A DNA stretch of 64,000 nt from an uncultured Candidatus Saccharibacteria bacterium (GCA_964621195.1 CAZULJ010000002.1:19665-83664); one strand, 5' to 3'; counted from the first letter of the stretch, positions 10,170 to 20,713 are shown. The notes: generated from the sequence alone by a model not told the origin. Numbers and translations: made by a program.

Positions 10170-10433
10170 ATGAAAAAGGAAATGACAACAAACGAACAGA
10201 ATACTGGAAAAAAGAGGGAGTTGGAAGGTGTTGTTGTAAGCAACAGTATGCAAAATACAGTAAGGGTAAGGGTAGATACTACTCACTCACATCCTGTATA
10301 TAAGAAAGTTGTAAGTAAGAAAAAGATATTCTTCGCTCATACTCAAGAAACTTTAAACGTTGGTGATAAAGTAGTAATTAGAGAATCTAGACCTTACTCT
10401 AAGAATGTTAAATGGGTCGTTGTAACTGAATAA
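10170..10433 (+). CDS. rpsQ: 30S ribosomal protein S17
   Basis: [25 protein letters not shown]. Confidence 0.96.
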   Translation: MKKEMTTNEQNTGKKRELEGVVVSNSMQNTVRVRVDTTHSHPVYKKVVSKKKIFFAHTQETLNVGDKVVIRESRPYSKNVKWVVVTE

Positions 10434-10435
10434 AA

Positions 10436-10804
10436 ATGATACAAAAAGAAACAATAGTAACAATTGCAGATAACAGTGGAGCAAAACTAGGAAAGGTAGT
10501 TGGTATTCCTGGTTACTCAAAAATCAGATATGCTGGCTTAGGTGATGTTGTAAAGGTTGCAGTTCAAAAGGTACTTGCTAATAGTGCAGTAAAAAAGCAT
10601 GAAGTATTAACTGCAGTCATTATAAGAACACATAAGGAAACTAAAAGAGCTGATGGTTCATATATTAGATTTGATGACAATGCTGCTGTTGTAATTGATA
10701 ACAAGAAAGCACCAAAAGGAACAAGAATTTTTGGACCAGTAGCAAGAGAGTTGAAGGAGAAGGGTTTCGATAAGATAGTATCTCTAGCTCCAGAAGTATT
10801 GTAA
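10436..10804 (+). CDS. rplN: 50S ribosomal protein L14
   Basis: [26 protein letters not shown]. Confidence 0.97.
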   Translation: MIQKETIVTIADNSGAKLGKVVGIPGYSKIRYAGLGDVVKVAVQKVLANSAVKKHEVLTAVIIRTHKETKRADGSYIRFDDNAAVVIDNKKAPKGTRIFGPVARELKEKGFDKIVSLAPEVL

Positions 10805-10820
10805 TTTAAGGATTAAAACG

Positions 10821-11195
10821 ATGAAGATTAAAAAGGGCGACACAGTAAAAATACTATACGGAAAAGACTCTGGTAAGCAGGGGAAGGTTGTACTTGTTGA
10901 TATTAAAAAGAGCAAGTTGGTAGTAGATGGTTTAAATATGTTCAAAAAGCATGTTAAGGGAGATGGAAGAACTAAAACATCCGAGATTGTAAATATTGCA
11001 AAAGCTATGGATGTCTCTAAGGTAATTCTCGTATGTAATAACTGTGGAAAGACAACAAGAGTAGGAATAAAAAGAGAAGGTGAGACTGTAACAAGAGTAT
11101 GTAAAAAGTGTGGAAAGAATATTGAAATCGTGAAAGAAGTCGAGAAGAAAGAAAAAGAAGAAAAGAAAGTAACTAAGAAGAAAACTACTAAGTAA
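10821..11195 (+). CDS. rplX: 50S ribosomal protein L24
   Basis: KIKKGDTV..GKDSGKQGKV; two CxxC motifs; Lys/Glu-rich tail. Confidence 0.95.
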   Translation: MKIKKGDTVKILYGKDSGKQGKVVLVDIKKSKLVVDGLNMFKKHVKGDGRTKTSEIVNIAKAMDVSKVILVCNNCGKTTRVGIKREGETVTRVCKKCGKNIEIVKEVEKKEKEEKKVTKKKTTK

Positions 11196-11197
11196 AT

Positions 11198-11752
11198 ATG
11201 GCAAGGCTAAGAGAAGAGTATAACAATAGAATAAGAGGTGAGATGATGAAAGAGTTCGGATACTCCAATATTATGGAAGTTCCTACTCTTAAAAAGATAG
11301 TAGTAAATGTTGGAGCAGGAGCTGCAGTAAAAGAAGCAGAAGCACTGGAAGATATTGTAGGAATAGTTACACAAATTACAGGTCAGAAGCCAGTAGTAAA
11401 CAAAGCAAGAAAGGCAGTCGCTGCATTTAAGATTAGAGAAGGTATGGATATAGGAGTCTCTGTAATCTTAAGAGGAGATAGAATGTGGGAGTTCTTTGAT
11501 AAACTGGTTAATGTAGTATTCCCAAGAGTCAAAGACTTTAGGGGTTTAGATCCAAAGGCTTTTGATGGAGCTGGAAACTACTCAATAGGTATTGAAGATC
11601 ACACAGTATTTCCTGAGATTGACGCAAACAACATTAGAAGAGTAAGAAGTTTACAGGTAGTTATTGTAACAACAGCAAACGATGATAGAGGTGGAAAGTT
11701 ACTTTTAGATAAATTTGGGTTCCCATTCAAGAAAGATGTCAACAGAAGCTAA
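11198..11752 (+). CDS. rplE: 50S ribosomal protein L5
   Basis: [27 protein letters not shown]. Confidence 0.97.
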   Translation: MARLREEYNNRIRGEMMKEFGYSNIMEVPTLKKIVVNVGAGAAVKEAEALEDIVGIVTQITGQKPVVNKARKAVAAFKIREGMDIGVSVILRGDRMWEFFDKLVNVVFPRVKDFRGLDPKAFDGAGNYSIGIEDHTVFPEIDANNIRRVRSLQVVIVTTANDDRGGKLLLDKFGFPFKKDVNRS

Positions 11753-11930
11753 GGAGCACAAAGCTAGACAATTAAAGAACAAATCAAAGTTTAAAACTAG
11801 AGTCTATAATAGGTGTGAGCTTTGTGGTAGATCTAGAGGATATATGAGACACTACGGAATATGTAGGGTTTGTTTTAGAAAATTAGCAAGTGAGGGTCAG
11901 ATCCCTGGTGTTAAGAAAGCTATTTGGTAG
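11736..11930 (+). CDS. rpsN: 30S ribosomal protein S14, zinc-binding type
   Basis: [15 protein letters not shown]; likely start at ATG 11736. Confidence 0.95.
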   Translation: MSTEAKEHKARQLKNKSKFKTRVYNRCELCGRSRGYMRHYGICRVCFRKLASEGQIPGVKKAIW

Positions 11931-11968
11931 AAATTATGTAATTTTTGGTAATTTATTAAATATATACA

Positions 11969-12346
11969 ATGAACGATTTAGTAGCAGACTTTCTTGCTAG
12001 AATGAAAAATGGAATACAAAGGAAAAGGGAAACAGTAATGGTTCCTTCTACTAAAATGAACATGGAAATCTTGAAAGTTTTGAAGCAGGAAGAGATGATT
12101 GAAGATATGAATGAAACAGAAGAAGGAATTGAAGTATTGCTTGCATACGATGATGGAGAGCCAGTTGTAACCCAATTTCAAAGAGTTAGTAGCCCAGGAC
12201 AAAGAATATATGTAAGTAGTAAAGAGATAGTTCCAATAATGAATGGTAGAGGTATATCAATAATCTCTACATCAAAGGGATTAATGACAGGCTCTATGGC
12301 TAAGAGTAAGAACTTAGGTGGTGAATTAATCTGTAAAGTTTGGTAA
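11969..12346 (+). CDS. rpsH: 30S ribosomal protein S8
   Basis: DLVADFLARMKNG, SSPGQRIY, STSKG, GGELIC. Confidence 0.96.
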   Translation: MNDLVADFLARMKNGIQRKRETVMVPSTKMNMEILKVLKQEEMIEDMNETEEGIEVLLAYDDGEPVVTQFQRVSSPGQRIYVSSKEIVPIMNGRGISIISTSKGLMTGSMAKSKNLGGELICKVW

Positions 12347-12351
12347 TACAA

Positions 12352-12894
12352 ATGTCTAGAATAGGTCAAGAACCAATCAAAATTGAAGAAGGAGTACAGG
12401 TAAATATAGAAGGATCTAAGGTATTGGTATCTGGTTCTGGGAAAGAAACAGTAATTGAATTACCAGAAGAACTTAAAGCCGAGATCAAGGATGGAGAGAT
12501 ATTAGTATCAAGATCCAATGATGAAAAGTTTACAAAGTCTGTACACGGTACATACAGAGTCTTACTATTTAATGCAGTAAAGGGAATCAAGGAAGGATTT
12601 GAAAAAAGATTAGAACTAGTTGGTGTAGGATACAGAGCAAGAATGGAAGGAACTACATTAGTTATGAGTTTAGGATGGAATCACCCTGTGAAGGTTGAGA
12701 GTCCTGAAGGTATAACTATTGAAGTACCAGAGGAAACAAAGATCGTAATAAAAGGACACGACAAACAGCAAATCGGGCAGCTTGCTGCAAAGATAAGAGG
12801 TATTAGAAAGCCTGAGCCATATAAGGGCAAAGGAATTAGATATGAGGGTGAGTATGTAAGAAAAAAGAGTTCTAAATCTGGAGTAGGAGCATAA
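12352..12894 (+). CDS. rplF: 50S ribosomal protein L6
   Basis: MSRIG start at 12352, GVGYRA, PEPYKGKGIRY. Confidence 0.97.
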   Translation: MSRIGQEPIKIEEGVQVNIEGSKVLVSGSGKETVIELPEELKAEIKDGEILVSRSNDEKFTKSVHGTYRVLLFNAVKGIKEGFEKRLELVGVGYRARMEGTTLVMSLGWNHPVKVESPEGITIEVPEETKIVIKGHDKQQIGQLAAKIRGIRKPEPYKGKGIRYEGEYVRKKSSKSGVGA

Positions 12895-12910
12895 TTGTAA
12901 AAAAACGAAA

Positions 12911-13240
12911 ATGAAACACACTAAAACAGAAAAAAGAGAAAGAAGAAAGATGCATATAAGGAAGAATGTAAACGGTACAGCACAGAAGCCAAGAGTCTTC
13001 GTTTTTAAGAGTAACAAATTCTTCTATGCAGGTGTTGCAGATGATGAAAAGAGTATTGTATTAATGAGTAAACTTGCAAAGAAGAAAGAAGAGGAGATTG
13101 TAAAGATGGCAAAAGTATTTGCATCAGAATTAAAAAAGAAGAAAATAGAGGTTGGAGTATTTGATAGAAGTGGATATAGATATCATGGATTAATAGCTTC
13201 TTTCGCAGAGGAACTAAGAAATAATGGAATTAAGATTTAG
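12911..13240 (+). CDS. rplR: 50S ribosomal protein L18
   Basis: PRVFVFKSNK, VFDRSGYRYHG. Confidence 0.95.
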   Translation: MKHTKTEKRERRKMHIRKNVNGTAQKPRVFVFKSNKFFYAGVADDEKSIVLMSKLAKKKEEEIVKMAKVFASELKKKKIEVGVFDRSGYRYHGLIASFAEELRNNGIKI

Positions 13241-13252
13241 TTTGAATAAGTA

Positions 13253-13885
13253 ATGTTTGATAAAAGTAAAACTCAAAAAGAAAGACCAAGTTATGACAAG
13301 AAGACTGTTTCTATAAGAAGAGTCGCAAAAGTAACTAAGGGAGGAAAGAGACTAAGATTTAGTGCAATGGTAGTTGTTGGAGATCATAATGGCTCTGTAG
13401 GAGTTGGCTTGGGTAGAGGAGTAGACACAAAGAGTGCAGTAGAGAAGGGAGAAAGAACAGCTGCAAAGAAAATGAGAAAGATACAATTAGCGGGAGATAC
13501 AATTCCTCATGAGATTACACAGAAAGAAGGAGCTGCGAAAGTATTACTAAGACCTGCAAGGCCAGGTACTGGTGTTATCGCAGGTTCATCTGTTAGAACA
13601 GTATTGGAATTAGCAGGAATAGAGAATGTATATGGTAAGTTACTTGGTACTACAGATGCAATTGCATCTGCATATGCAACATTTGAAGCATTGAAGGCAC
13701 TTCGAAATGGAAGAGTACTCTCAAAGATGAAGAATATGAGAGATAGAGTTGAAGCAAAGAAAGAAACAGATAAGGAGAGAAAAGTTAAGGAAGACAAAAA
13801 GAGAGCAGCAAAGAGAGCAGAAAAGAAGGATAATCGTAAGAAGGATTTTAAACCTAGAAGAAATACAGAAAAGAAAACCAACTAA
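13253..13885 (+). CDS. rpsE: 30S ribosomal protein S5 with basic C-terminal extension
   Basis: RVAKVTKGGKRLRFSA, PGTGVIAG. Confidence 0.97.
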   Translation: MFDKSKTQKERPSYDKKTVSIRRVAKVTKGGKRLRFSAMVVVGDHNGSVGVGLGRGVDTKSAVEKGERTAAKKMRKIQLAGDTIPHEITQKEGAAKVLLRPARPGTGVIAGSSVRTVLELAGIENVYGKLLGTTDAIASAYATFEALKALRNGRVLSKMKNMRDRVEAKKETDKERKVKEDKKRAAKRAEKKDNRKKDFKPRRNTEKKTN

Positions 13886-13903
13886 AGTTATTAAATCAGT
13901 AAT

Positions 13904-14347
13904 ATGTACTTAGAAAGTATTCCAAGAAGAAAAAATAGAACAGGAAAAGCTAAAAGACTCGGAAGAGGGTATGGATCTGGTGTCGGTGGTCATACCTCTA
14001 CAAGGGGAACCAAAGGTCAGAAATCCAGATCAGGACATAAGTCTCTTCTATTCTTTGAGGGAGGTAACGTACCATTCTTTAGGAGAATGCCAAAGAAGAA
14101 GGGTTTCAACAACTCTGGAAAGATTGAAGCTACAGCTATTAATCTTAACATCCTAGAAGAGAACTACAAAGCTGGTGAGGTTGTTACATTGGAATCATTG
14201 AAAGAGAAAGCTCTTATCTCCAAAAAGACACAGTCTGTAAAGATCTTAGGATCTGGAGAAATCACAAAGAAGATATCTATCGAAAGTATCCCTGCATCAA
14301 AGGCAGCACAGGAGAAAGTATTGAAAGCAGGGGGTACAATAAAGTAA
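13904..14347 (+). CDS. rplO: 50S ribosomal protein L15
   Basis: RLGRGYGSG, GQKSRSG, FEGGNVP. Confidence 0.96.
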   Translation: MYLESIPRRKNRTGKAKRLGRGYGSGVGGHTSTRGTKGQKSRSGHKSLLFFEGGNVPFFRRMPKKKGFNNSGKIEATAINLNILEENYKAGEVVTLESLKEKALISKKTQSVKILGSGEITKKISIESIPASKAAQEKVLKAGGTIK

Positions 14348-14358
14348 CCTCTATACAA

Positions 14359-15633
14359 ATGAACAAGTACATTGAGATCTTCCTTAGAATTGTTAAAACA
14401 GAGGAGATTCGAAAAAAAATTATATTCTCACTAGTAATACTTTTAGCATACAGATTGCTAGCTGCGATCCCTGTTGCAGGAATCCCTGCAGATGCTATCA
14501 AATTACTCTTTGAAGGAAGCAACTTCGGAGATCTCCTTTCAACAGTATCTGGTGGTGTACTTGAAACAGCATCCATTGCAGCAATAGGTTTAAGTCCATA
14601 CATCAATGCCTCTATTGTATTCCAACTATTAGGTTCTGTTGTTCCTAAGATTGAAGAGATGAGGAATGAGGGTCCAGAAGGAAGAAGAAAGATAAGTATG
14701 TATACAAGACTCCTTACAGTACCATTTGCAATTATGCAGTCTTTCGTAATATATTCCACTTTACGAGGTTTTGGTTTAATAGGGGAGCTTTCTCCACTAG
14801 AACTTGTAGTTATGGTATCTACCTTGACCGCAGGGTCTGTTGTAGTTATGTGGTTTAGTGAACTGACATCAGAGAGTGGTTTAGGTGGCGGTTCATCATA
14901 TTTGATATTCTTGGGCATTATTGCTGGTATCCCTGGTACTTTAAGATCAAACTTTACTCAATTAGATAGTATTGAGAAGGTAGTGTTCTTGCTAATGACT
15001 TTGGTATTGATAGTATCTGTCGTATATATTACAGAGGCACAAAGGAAGGTAAAAGTTCAGTATTCAAGAAGAGTCAGGGCTGGAGGTTCAATGGATAGCT
15101 ATATACCAATAAAAATTGTGCAATTCGGGGTAATGCCAGTAATCTTTGCCGTATCACTGCTCTCTTTCCCACAATTAATAGGTAAATTCATATTAAGTAG
15201 GGATATGAGTGATCGGGTGATTGAATTTACTACAAAAGCAATGGCACTAATAGATAATCCATATTTCAACAATATAGTTACATTCCTCTTAATAGTAGGT
15301 TTCTCCTTCTTCTATCTTACTGTTGTATTTAAAACTGATGAACTAGCAGAGAACCTACAAAAGCAGGGGGGCTTTATCCCAGGTATTAGGCCAGGAAAGA
15401 ATACCTCTGAGTATCTGCGAAAAGTTGCATTCAGACTAGCATCACTTGGTGCAATCTTCCTAGGATTAATCTCAATTTTACCTTCTGTACTAAATCCATT
15501 ACTCTTCCCAAATGGTAATGTTGTACCAATAATTACAGGAACGGGACTTCTAATTATGGTAAATGTAGTTCTCGATGTTAGAAGACAAGTAGAATCGATG
15601 ATTGTTGTTCGTGATTATGATCGATACCTCTAA
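14359..15633 (+). CDS. secY: Preprotein translocase SecY
   Basis: Multiple TM segments, PYINASIVFQLL, GVMPVIFA, FIPGIRPG. Confidence 0.96.
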   Translation: MNKYIEIFLRIVKTEEIRKKIIFSLVILLAYRLLAAIPVAGIPADAIKLLFEGSNFGDLLSTVSGGVLETASIAAIGLSPYINASIVFQLLGSVVPKIEEMRNEGPEGRRKISMYTRLLTVPFAIMQSFVIYSTLRGFGLIGELSPLELVVMVSTLTAGSVVVMWFSELTSESGLGGGSSYLIFLGIIAGIPGTLRSNFTQLDSIEKVVFLLMTLVLIVSVVYITEAQRKVKVQYSRRVRAGGSMDSYIPIKIVQFGVMPVIFAVSLLSFPQLIGKFILSRDMSDRVIEFTTKAMALIDNPYFNNIVTFLLIVGFSFFYLTVVFKTDELAENLQKQGGFIPGIRPGKNTSEYLRKVAFRLASLGAIFLGLISILPSVLNPLLFPNGNVVPIITGTGLLIMVNVVLDVRRQVESMIVVRDYDRYL

Positions 15634-15682
15634 TAAAACTCTTGTGCTATTATTATCTAGTTAATATGTCCTTACATACATT

Positions 15683-16330
15683 ATGAAAACAATTCTCTTT
15701 CATGGTCCTTCAGGAAGTGGTAAAGATACCCAAGTTGAGCTATTAAAAGACAAGCACGAATTTGAAGGTATTGCTACTGGGGATATGTTCCGATCAATGT
15801 ATAAGCAGGCTGATTTAGAGGCCATAAAGGCATATAACTATTGGTCTAAAGGGCAATGGGTTCCAAATGACCTAGTATACAGCATGCTTAATAAATGGAT
15901 CTTACAGTTTGATAAAGAGAAGAACTGGGCTTTCATCTCCGTTGTAAGGGATCCTGGACAAATCCCTATGTTTGATAAGACACTAGAAAGTGTTGGAAGG
16001 AAGTTAGATCATTTTATTCACTTTACGCTCTCTGAGGAGGCTGCTATAGAGCGAATGTCTCTTAGGTGGGTATGTCCAAATTGTGATAGTACATACCATG
16101 AAAAATATAAAATAGAGAGTGTGAAAGGATACTGTGATAAGTGTGGAACAAAGCTTGTACAAAGAGAAGATGACCAACCTGATAGAATCAGGAACAGGAT
16201 AAGAGAATACAACAGAACAATAGCACCAATACTCCAAACTTACAAAGAGAGAGGCATTTTAATCGAGATTGATGCAACTCCTAGTATTGAAGAGATACAT
16301 AAAGAAGTAGTACTAAGACTGGGGTTGTAA
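15683..16330 (+). CDS. adk: Adenylate kinase
   Basis: GPSGSGKDTQ, TGDMFR, zinc lid CPNC..CDKC, QREDD; follows secY. Confidence 0.9.
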   Translation: MKTILFHGPSGSGKDTQVELLKDKHEFEGIATGDMFRSMYKQADLEAIKAYNYWSKGQWVPNDLVYSMLNKWILQFDKEKNWAFISVVRDPGQIPMFDKTLESVGRKLDHFIHFTLSEEAAIERMSLRWVCPNCDSTYHEKYKIESVKGYCDKCGTKLVQREDDQPDRIRNRIREYNRTIAPILQTYKERGILIEIDATPSIEEIHKEVVLRLGL

Positions 16331-16409
16331 AAACTTTCTCTTTTTGATATGCTTAACTCGTCTTTGTAGAGTTTTGACTATATTTCAAGGGAAAAATAGC
16401 ATTAAATCT

Positions 16410-16438
16410 TTGAAAAAAGCTAACACTTTTGATATAAT
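16410..16438 (+). promoter_or_regulatory. Sigma70 promoter for infA-rpmJ and the alpha operon
   Basis: TTGAAA-17 bp-TATAAT, with the TG extension. Confidence 0.6.
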
Positions 16439-16473
16439 GCTCAGGACTCTATTTAGTTACAAGGATGTCATTT

Positions 16474-16707
16474 ATGGCTGTAGATACAAAGAAAGTTTAT
16501 GAATTTGAAGGTGAGGTTAAGGAATGTTTGCCAAATACAAAATTTCTAGTAGAAATTGATGTAAATGGTACTAAGCATGAGGTAATAGGTTACCTATCTG
16601 GAAAGATGAGAATGCACTACATTCGAATCCTTGAAGGAGATAAGGTGAGAATAGAAATGACCCCGTATGATAAGACGCAGGGTAGAATAACATATAGAAT
16701 GAAATAA
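16474..16707 (+). CDS. infA: Translation initiation factor IF-1
   Basis: [31 protein letters not shown]. Confidence 0.96.
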   Translation: MAVDTKKVYEFEGEVKECLPNTKFLVEIDVNGTKHEVIGYLSGKMRMHYIRILEGDKVRIEMTPYDKTQGRITYRMK

Positions 16708-16709
16708 AA

Positions 16710-16826
16710 ATGAAAGTACAGGCTTCAGTAAAAAAAAGATGTGCAGATTGTTACACCGTTCGTAGGAAAGCTCGTGTATATGTCTACTGTAAAAAGAATC
16801 CTAAGCATAAGCAGAGACAGGGTTAA
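16710..16826 (+). CDS. rpmJ: 50S ribosomal protein L36 (38 aa, not in the ORF track)
   Basis: Manual translation: [38 protein letters not shown]. Confidence 0.96.
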   Translation: MKVQASVKKRCADCYTVRRKARVYVYCKKNPKHKQRQG

Positions 16827-16858
16827 TATAATATATAACTGTATTTAATTAAGATACT

Positions 16859-17242
16859 ATGGCAAGAGTCGCAGGAATAGAAATACCAAATGATAAGAGA
16901 TTATGGGTCTCTTTGATGAGTTTGTATGGGATAGGAGAGAAATCATCTAAAAGTATTTGTGAGAATGTTAAAATAGATGGTAATACTTTTGTTAGAGATC
17001 TTAATGAGGCACAGTTAGATATTTTAAGAGCTTACTTAGATCAGAATTTCCAAGTAGAGGGTGAATTGAGACAGAAGATCTTTAGAGAGATTAAGAGATT
17101 GAAAGATATCAAGAGTTATAGAGGAATTAGACACAAATTGGGATTACCAGTTAGAGGTCAGAGGACAAGGCATAACGCTCATACAAGAAAAGGTAAGAGT
17201 AGGCCTGTCGGTGGTTTAAATCGTAAATTAGAAAAGACTTAG
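16859..17242 (+). CDS. rpsM: 30S ribosomal protein S13
   Basis: [19 protein letters not shown]. Confidence 0.97.
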   Translation: MARVAGIEIPNDKRLWVSLMSLYGIGEKSSKSICENVKIDGNTFVRDLNEAQLDILRAYLDQNFQVEGELRQKIFREIKRLKDIKSYRGIRHKLGLPVRGQRTRHNAHTRKGKSRPVGGLNRKLEKT

Positions 17243-17248
17243 CATAAT

Positions 17249-17632
17249 ATGGCTACAAATATTAAAAAGAAAACAAAGAAGAGTGTTACAACAGGTATTG
17301 TTACTGTACAATCAACATTCAACAATACAATTATCTCTATAACAGATACTGAGGGTGAAGTGTTAGTACAGGGAAGTCCAAGCGTAGTTGGATTTAAGGG
17401 TGCAAAGAGAAGTACAGCATTTGCTGCTACAAAGGCTGCAAATGATGCTGCAGAGAAAGCAATCAAAAAGTATGGATTAAGAGAAGTAAAGGTAATTGTT
17501 AGCGGACCAGGAGCTGGTAGAAATGCTGCAGTAAAAGGTTTGGATTCTGCAGGTTTAAAGATAACAACATTGGTAGATAGAACCCCTATTCCTCATAACG
17601 GATGTAGGCCAAGAAAGTCTCCAAGAAAGTAA
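17249..17632 (+). CDS. rpsK: 30S ribosomal protein S11
   Basis: STFNNTII, GPGAGR, TPIPHNGCRP. Confidence 0.97.
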   Translation: MATNIKKKTKKSVTTGIVTVQSTFNNTIISITDTEGEVLVQGSPSVVGFKGAKRSTAFAATKAANDAAEKAIKKYGLREVKVIVSGPGAGRNAAVKGLDSAGLKITTLVDRTPIPHNGCRPRKSPRK

Positions 17633-17656
17633 TTAATAATATTTGAATTAGTTTAA

Positions 17657-18268
17657 ATGGGTAGATATACAGGACCAAAAGAAAGATTAAGTAGACGAGA
17701 GGGTGTAGAGTTACACCTTAAAGGTTCAAGATCATTTTCTGAGAAGAGTGGTCTAAAGAGAAAGCCTTTTGTCCCAGGACAGCACGGTAGTAAAAGAAAG
17801 GCAAGACTTTCCAACTACGGATTACAGTTAAGGGAGAAGCAGAAGGTTAAGAGAACATATGGAGTTAGAGAGAAGCAGTTTAAGAATGTATATCTTGAGT
17901 CTGATAGAAGATCAAAGGTATACAATACAGACAAAGGTCTTGAACTTTTAAGATTGTTAGAATTAAGGGTGGACAACGTTTTGTATCTTGCAGGGTTAGC
18001 TCCATCAAGATCTGCTGCTAGGCAGTATGTTGTTCACGGTCATGTACTTTTGAACGGTAAGAAATTTACAGTTCCTTCTGCAGAATTGAAAGAAGGAGAT
18101 TCTTTAGAAATAAAAAAGGCTAAGCTTGCTCCAACTGAAAAATTGTTCCCAGTCCCAGAGTGGATTGAATCAAAAGAGAACAAGGCGGTTGTTTCAAGAT
18201 TACCAATTAGAGACGAAATTGATGAGGGTATTCGTGAGAACCTAATCATCGAGTACTACTCTAGATAA
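17657..18268 (+). CDS. rpsD: 30S ribosomal protein S4
   Basis: MGRYTGP, QLREKQK, ARQYVVHGH, IEYYSR. Confidence 0.97.
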   Translation: MGRYTGPKERLSRREGVELHLKGSRSFSEKSGLKRKPFVPGQHGSKRKARLSNYGLQLREKQKVKRTYGVREKQFKNVYLESDRRSKVYNTDKGLELLRLLELRVDNVLYLAGLAPSRSAARQYVVHGHVLLNGKKFTVPSAELKEGDSLEIKKAKLAPTEKLFPVPEWIESKENKAVVSRLPIRDEIDEGIRENLIIEYYSR

Positions 18269-18288
18269 TAATTTGTTTTTTAAACACA

Positions 18289-19254
18289 ATGGAGGCATTT
18301 AAAGATATAAAGGTAACAATTAAGGAAGAAGAGGGAAATATTGGTCTCTACGAGATCTCACCACTTCCAAGGGGATATGGTCATACATTAGGTAACGCAA
18401 TAAGAAGAATACTTTACTCTAGCTTAAAAGGCTCTGGAGTTACAAGTGTAAAGTTCAAAGGAGTAAAGCATGAATTCTCAACTATAGAGGGAGTAAAGGA
18501 AGATGTTACAACAATAATCCTTAACCTAAAGCAGGTGAAATTTAGAGTAGACTCGGACGATGTTAAGACATGCAAGATTGTTGCAAAAGGAAAGGGAGTT
18601 GTTAAAGCTTCAGACATTGATGTAGAAGCAGGAGTTACAGTTACAACTCCAGATCTAGTAATTGCAAATATTTCTGATGATTCTGGAGAATTAGTAATTG
18701 AAATGACTGTAGAATCAGGAATAGGATATAGAGATGCTAGAAACGTAGATAGAGCAGAAGTTGGAATTATCCCACTTGACTGTGACTTTACCCCTATTGA
18801 GAAAGTAAGTATGAGTGTTGAACAAGCACGTAAGGGTCAGGAAACAGACCTAGATGCAGTAGTAATTAGTGTTGAAACAGATGGCAGTATTACACCAAAA
18901 GATGCACTTTTAGAATCCGCAAAGATATTACAAGAATTTGCTGGAAAAGTAATGATAGCAATGGGAGTATCAAAGAAAGAAGTAGAAGAAAGAGTTGAAG
19001 AGATCAATCAGGTTGAAGTAGCACCAGAGACTGTAGAAGTATATGACGAAGCGAATGACCTTAGAATAGAAGATCTTCCAATCTCAAAGAGATCCAAAAC
19101 TGGATTACTCTCCGGAGGATATAAAACCTTGGGAGACCTAAAGAGTGTTACTGTAGATGACCTACTTTCACTTTCAGGTTTTGGTAACAAATCTCTAAAT
19201 GAAGTCGTAGAGCTTCTTAATCAATATGGAATTAACATCAAGAGTGAGCAATAA
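18289..19254 (+). CDS. rpoA: RNA polymerase alpha subunit
   Basis: PLPRGYGHTLGNAIRR, HEFSTIEGVKED, GFGNKSLNEV. Confidence 0.96.
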   Translation: MEAFKDIKVTIKEEEGNIGLYEISPLPRGYGHTLGNAIRRILYSSLKGSGVTSVKFKGVKHEFSTIEGVKEDVTTIILNLKQVKFRVDSDDVKTCKIVAKGKGVVKASDIDVEAGVTVTTPDLVIANISDDSGELVIEMTVESGIGYRDARNVDRAEVGIIPLDCDFTPIEKVSMSVEQARKGQETDLDAVVISVETDGSITPKDALLESAKILQEFAGKVMIAMGVSKKEVEERVEEINQVEVAPETVEVYDEANDLRIEDLPISKRSKTGLLSGGYKTLGDLKSVTVDDLLSLSGFGNKSLNEVVELLNQYGINIKSEQ

Positions 19255-19256
19255 AC

Positions 19257-19772
19257 ATGTATAAAAGGATTGGAATCAAAAAATTAGGAAGAACAACTGC
19301 ACATAGAAAGGCTTTGATCTTTAATCTATTAAGATCTCTTGTAGAGAGTGGTTCTGTTAAAACAACAACTGCAAAAGCAAAAGCTTTGAAGGGTCAAATG
19401 GAATCATTAATAGTGAAAGTTAAATCTTCTGGAAATGTAGACCTAAGTACAAGAAGAAGTTTACAAGATATTCTTGGTAACACAGCATTGGTACAGAAGT
19501 TTGTAGAAATTGCAAAAAAAGAATCAACAACAATAACTATAAAGAAAGTTGGTTTTAGAGCAGGTGATAACTCCGAGGTATCTTTGGTTGAGATAAAGGG
19601 GTTAGCTAAAAAGGAAGGAAAAAAAGAAGTCAAAGAGAAGAAGGAAGAAAAAGTAGTAGTTAAGAAGGAAAGTACAAAGAGAAAACCTATTGATGCAGGA
19701 AAAAAGAAATCAATAACAAAAGTTGTTGCTCCTGTAAATAAAGAAAGAGCAAAATCTAGATCTGGTTTATAA
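19257..19772 (+). CDS. rplQ: 50S ribosomal protein L17 with Lys-rich extension
   Basis: KLGRTTAHRKAL, KTTTAKAK, RAGDNS. Confidence 0.93.
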   Translation: MYKRIGIKKLGRTTAHRKALIFNLLRSLVESGSVKTTTAKAKALKGQMESLIVKVKSSGNVDLSTRRSLQDILGNTALVQKFVEIAKKESTTITIKKVGFRAGDNSEVSLVEIKGLAKKEGKKEVKEKKEEKVVVKKESTKRKPIDAGKKKSITKVVAPVNKERAKSRSGL

Positions 19773-19791
19773 TTTATATTCGTAAATAGAG

Positions 19792-20226
19792 ATGAAGTAC
19801 AAGACTCAATGGACTAAAAAAGAAGATATAAAGAGAGAGTGGTATGTTGTAGATGTGAAAGATCTAATACTCGGTAGAGTAGCAACACAAGTAGCATCAC
19901 TTCTCATTGGAAAGGGAAAACCAGAGATTGTTCCTAATGTTGACTGTGGAGACTATGTAATAGTTGTTAATAGTGATGAGATCAAATTAACAAGAGGAAA
20001 AGAAAACAAGAAGGTTTACTACAACTACTCTGGTTATCCAGGTGGTTTGAAAGAAACTGTTTTCAAGGATCAAATTAGAAAAGATTCTACAAAGGTAATA
20101 ATTGATTCTGTTAAGAATATGTTACCAAAGAACAAAATGAGAGACTTGAGAATGGCAAGATTGTTTGTATACAAAGGCTTGGAGCATAAGCATCAAGCTC
20201 AAAGTCCAAAAGAGTATAAATTTTAA
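19792..20226 (+). CDS. rplM: 50S ribosomal protein L13
   Basis: WYVVD..LGRVA, DCGDYVIVVN, SGYPGG, MLPKN. Confidence 0.97.
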   Translation: MKYKTQWTKKEDIKREWYVVDVKDLILGRVATQVASLLIGKGKPEIVPNVDCGDYVIVVNSDEIKLTRGKENKKVYYNYSGYPGGLKETVFKDQIRKDSTKVIIDSVKNMLPKNKMRDLRMARLFVYKGLEHKHQAQSPKEYKF

Positions 20227-20237
20227 TTACAGTATTA

Positions 20238-20636
20238 GTGAGTAAGGAGAAATTTTTTGAAGGTATCGGTCGAAGAAAAACATCTACATCCAGAGTAAGA
20301 ATATATGCTGGAGATAAAGCAAGTACTGTCAATGGGAAATCCGTTGATACATATTTCGCAAGTGTACCCAGAGCAATGGAAGAGATAAACAAAGCATTGA
20401 ATGTAACAGGACTAGAAGGGAAATTTTACTTTACTGCAAAAGTTTCTGGAGGTGGTCTCTCTGCACAGGTTGACAGTGTATCTTTGGGATTTGCAAGAGC
20501 ACTTTACTCCATGGATGAGACTCTAAAATCACCATTAAGAAAAGCTGGATTAATTACTAGAGATCCAAGAGAAGTTGAGAGAAAGAAATATCATCAGGTT
20601 AAAGCTAGAAAGAAACCTCAGTTCTCAAAACGTTAG
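20238..20636 (+). CDS. rpsI: 30S ribosomal protein S9
   Basis: GRRKTS, GGGLSAQ, TRDPREVERKK, QFSKR. Confidence 0.97.
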   Translation: MSKEKFFEGIGRRKTSTSRVRIYAGDKASTVNGKSVDTYFASVPRAMEEINKALNVTGLEGKFYFTAKVSGGGLSAQVDSVSLGFARALYSMDETLKSPLRKAGLITRDPREVERKKYHQVKARKKPQFSKR

Positions 20637-20643
20637 TATTTGG

Positions 20644-20669
20644 AAAGCACCGCAAGGTGCTTTTTTTTT
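20644..20669 (+). terminator. Rho-independent terminator ending the ribosomal operon
   Basis: AAAGCACC-GCAA-GGTGCTTT followed by a long T run. Confidence 0.85.
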
Positions 20670-20713
20670 CTTTAATTGTTATTCTATTTTTGAATAACTT
20701 ATCCATTAAAAAA

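Noticed and set aside
2179-20392. Many minus-strand ORFs across the ribosomal superoperon
   Set aside because: Antisense shadows of conserved genes, with no independent motifs.
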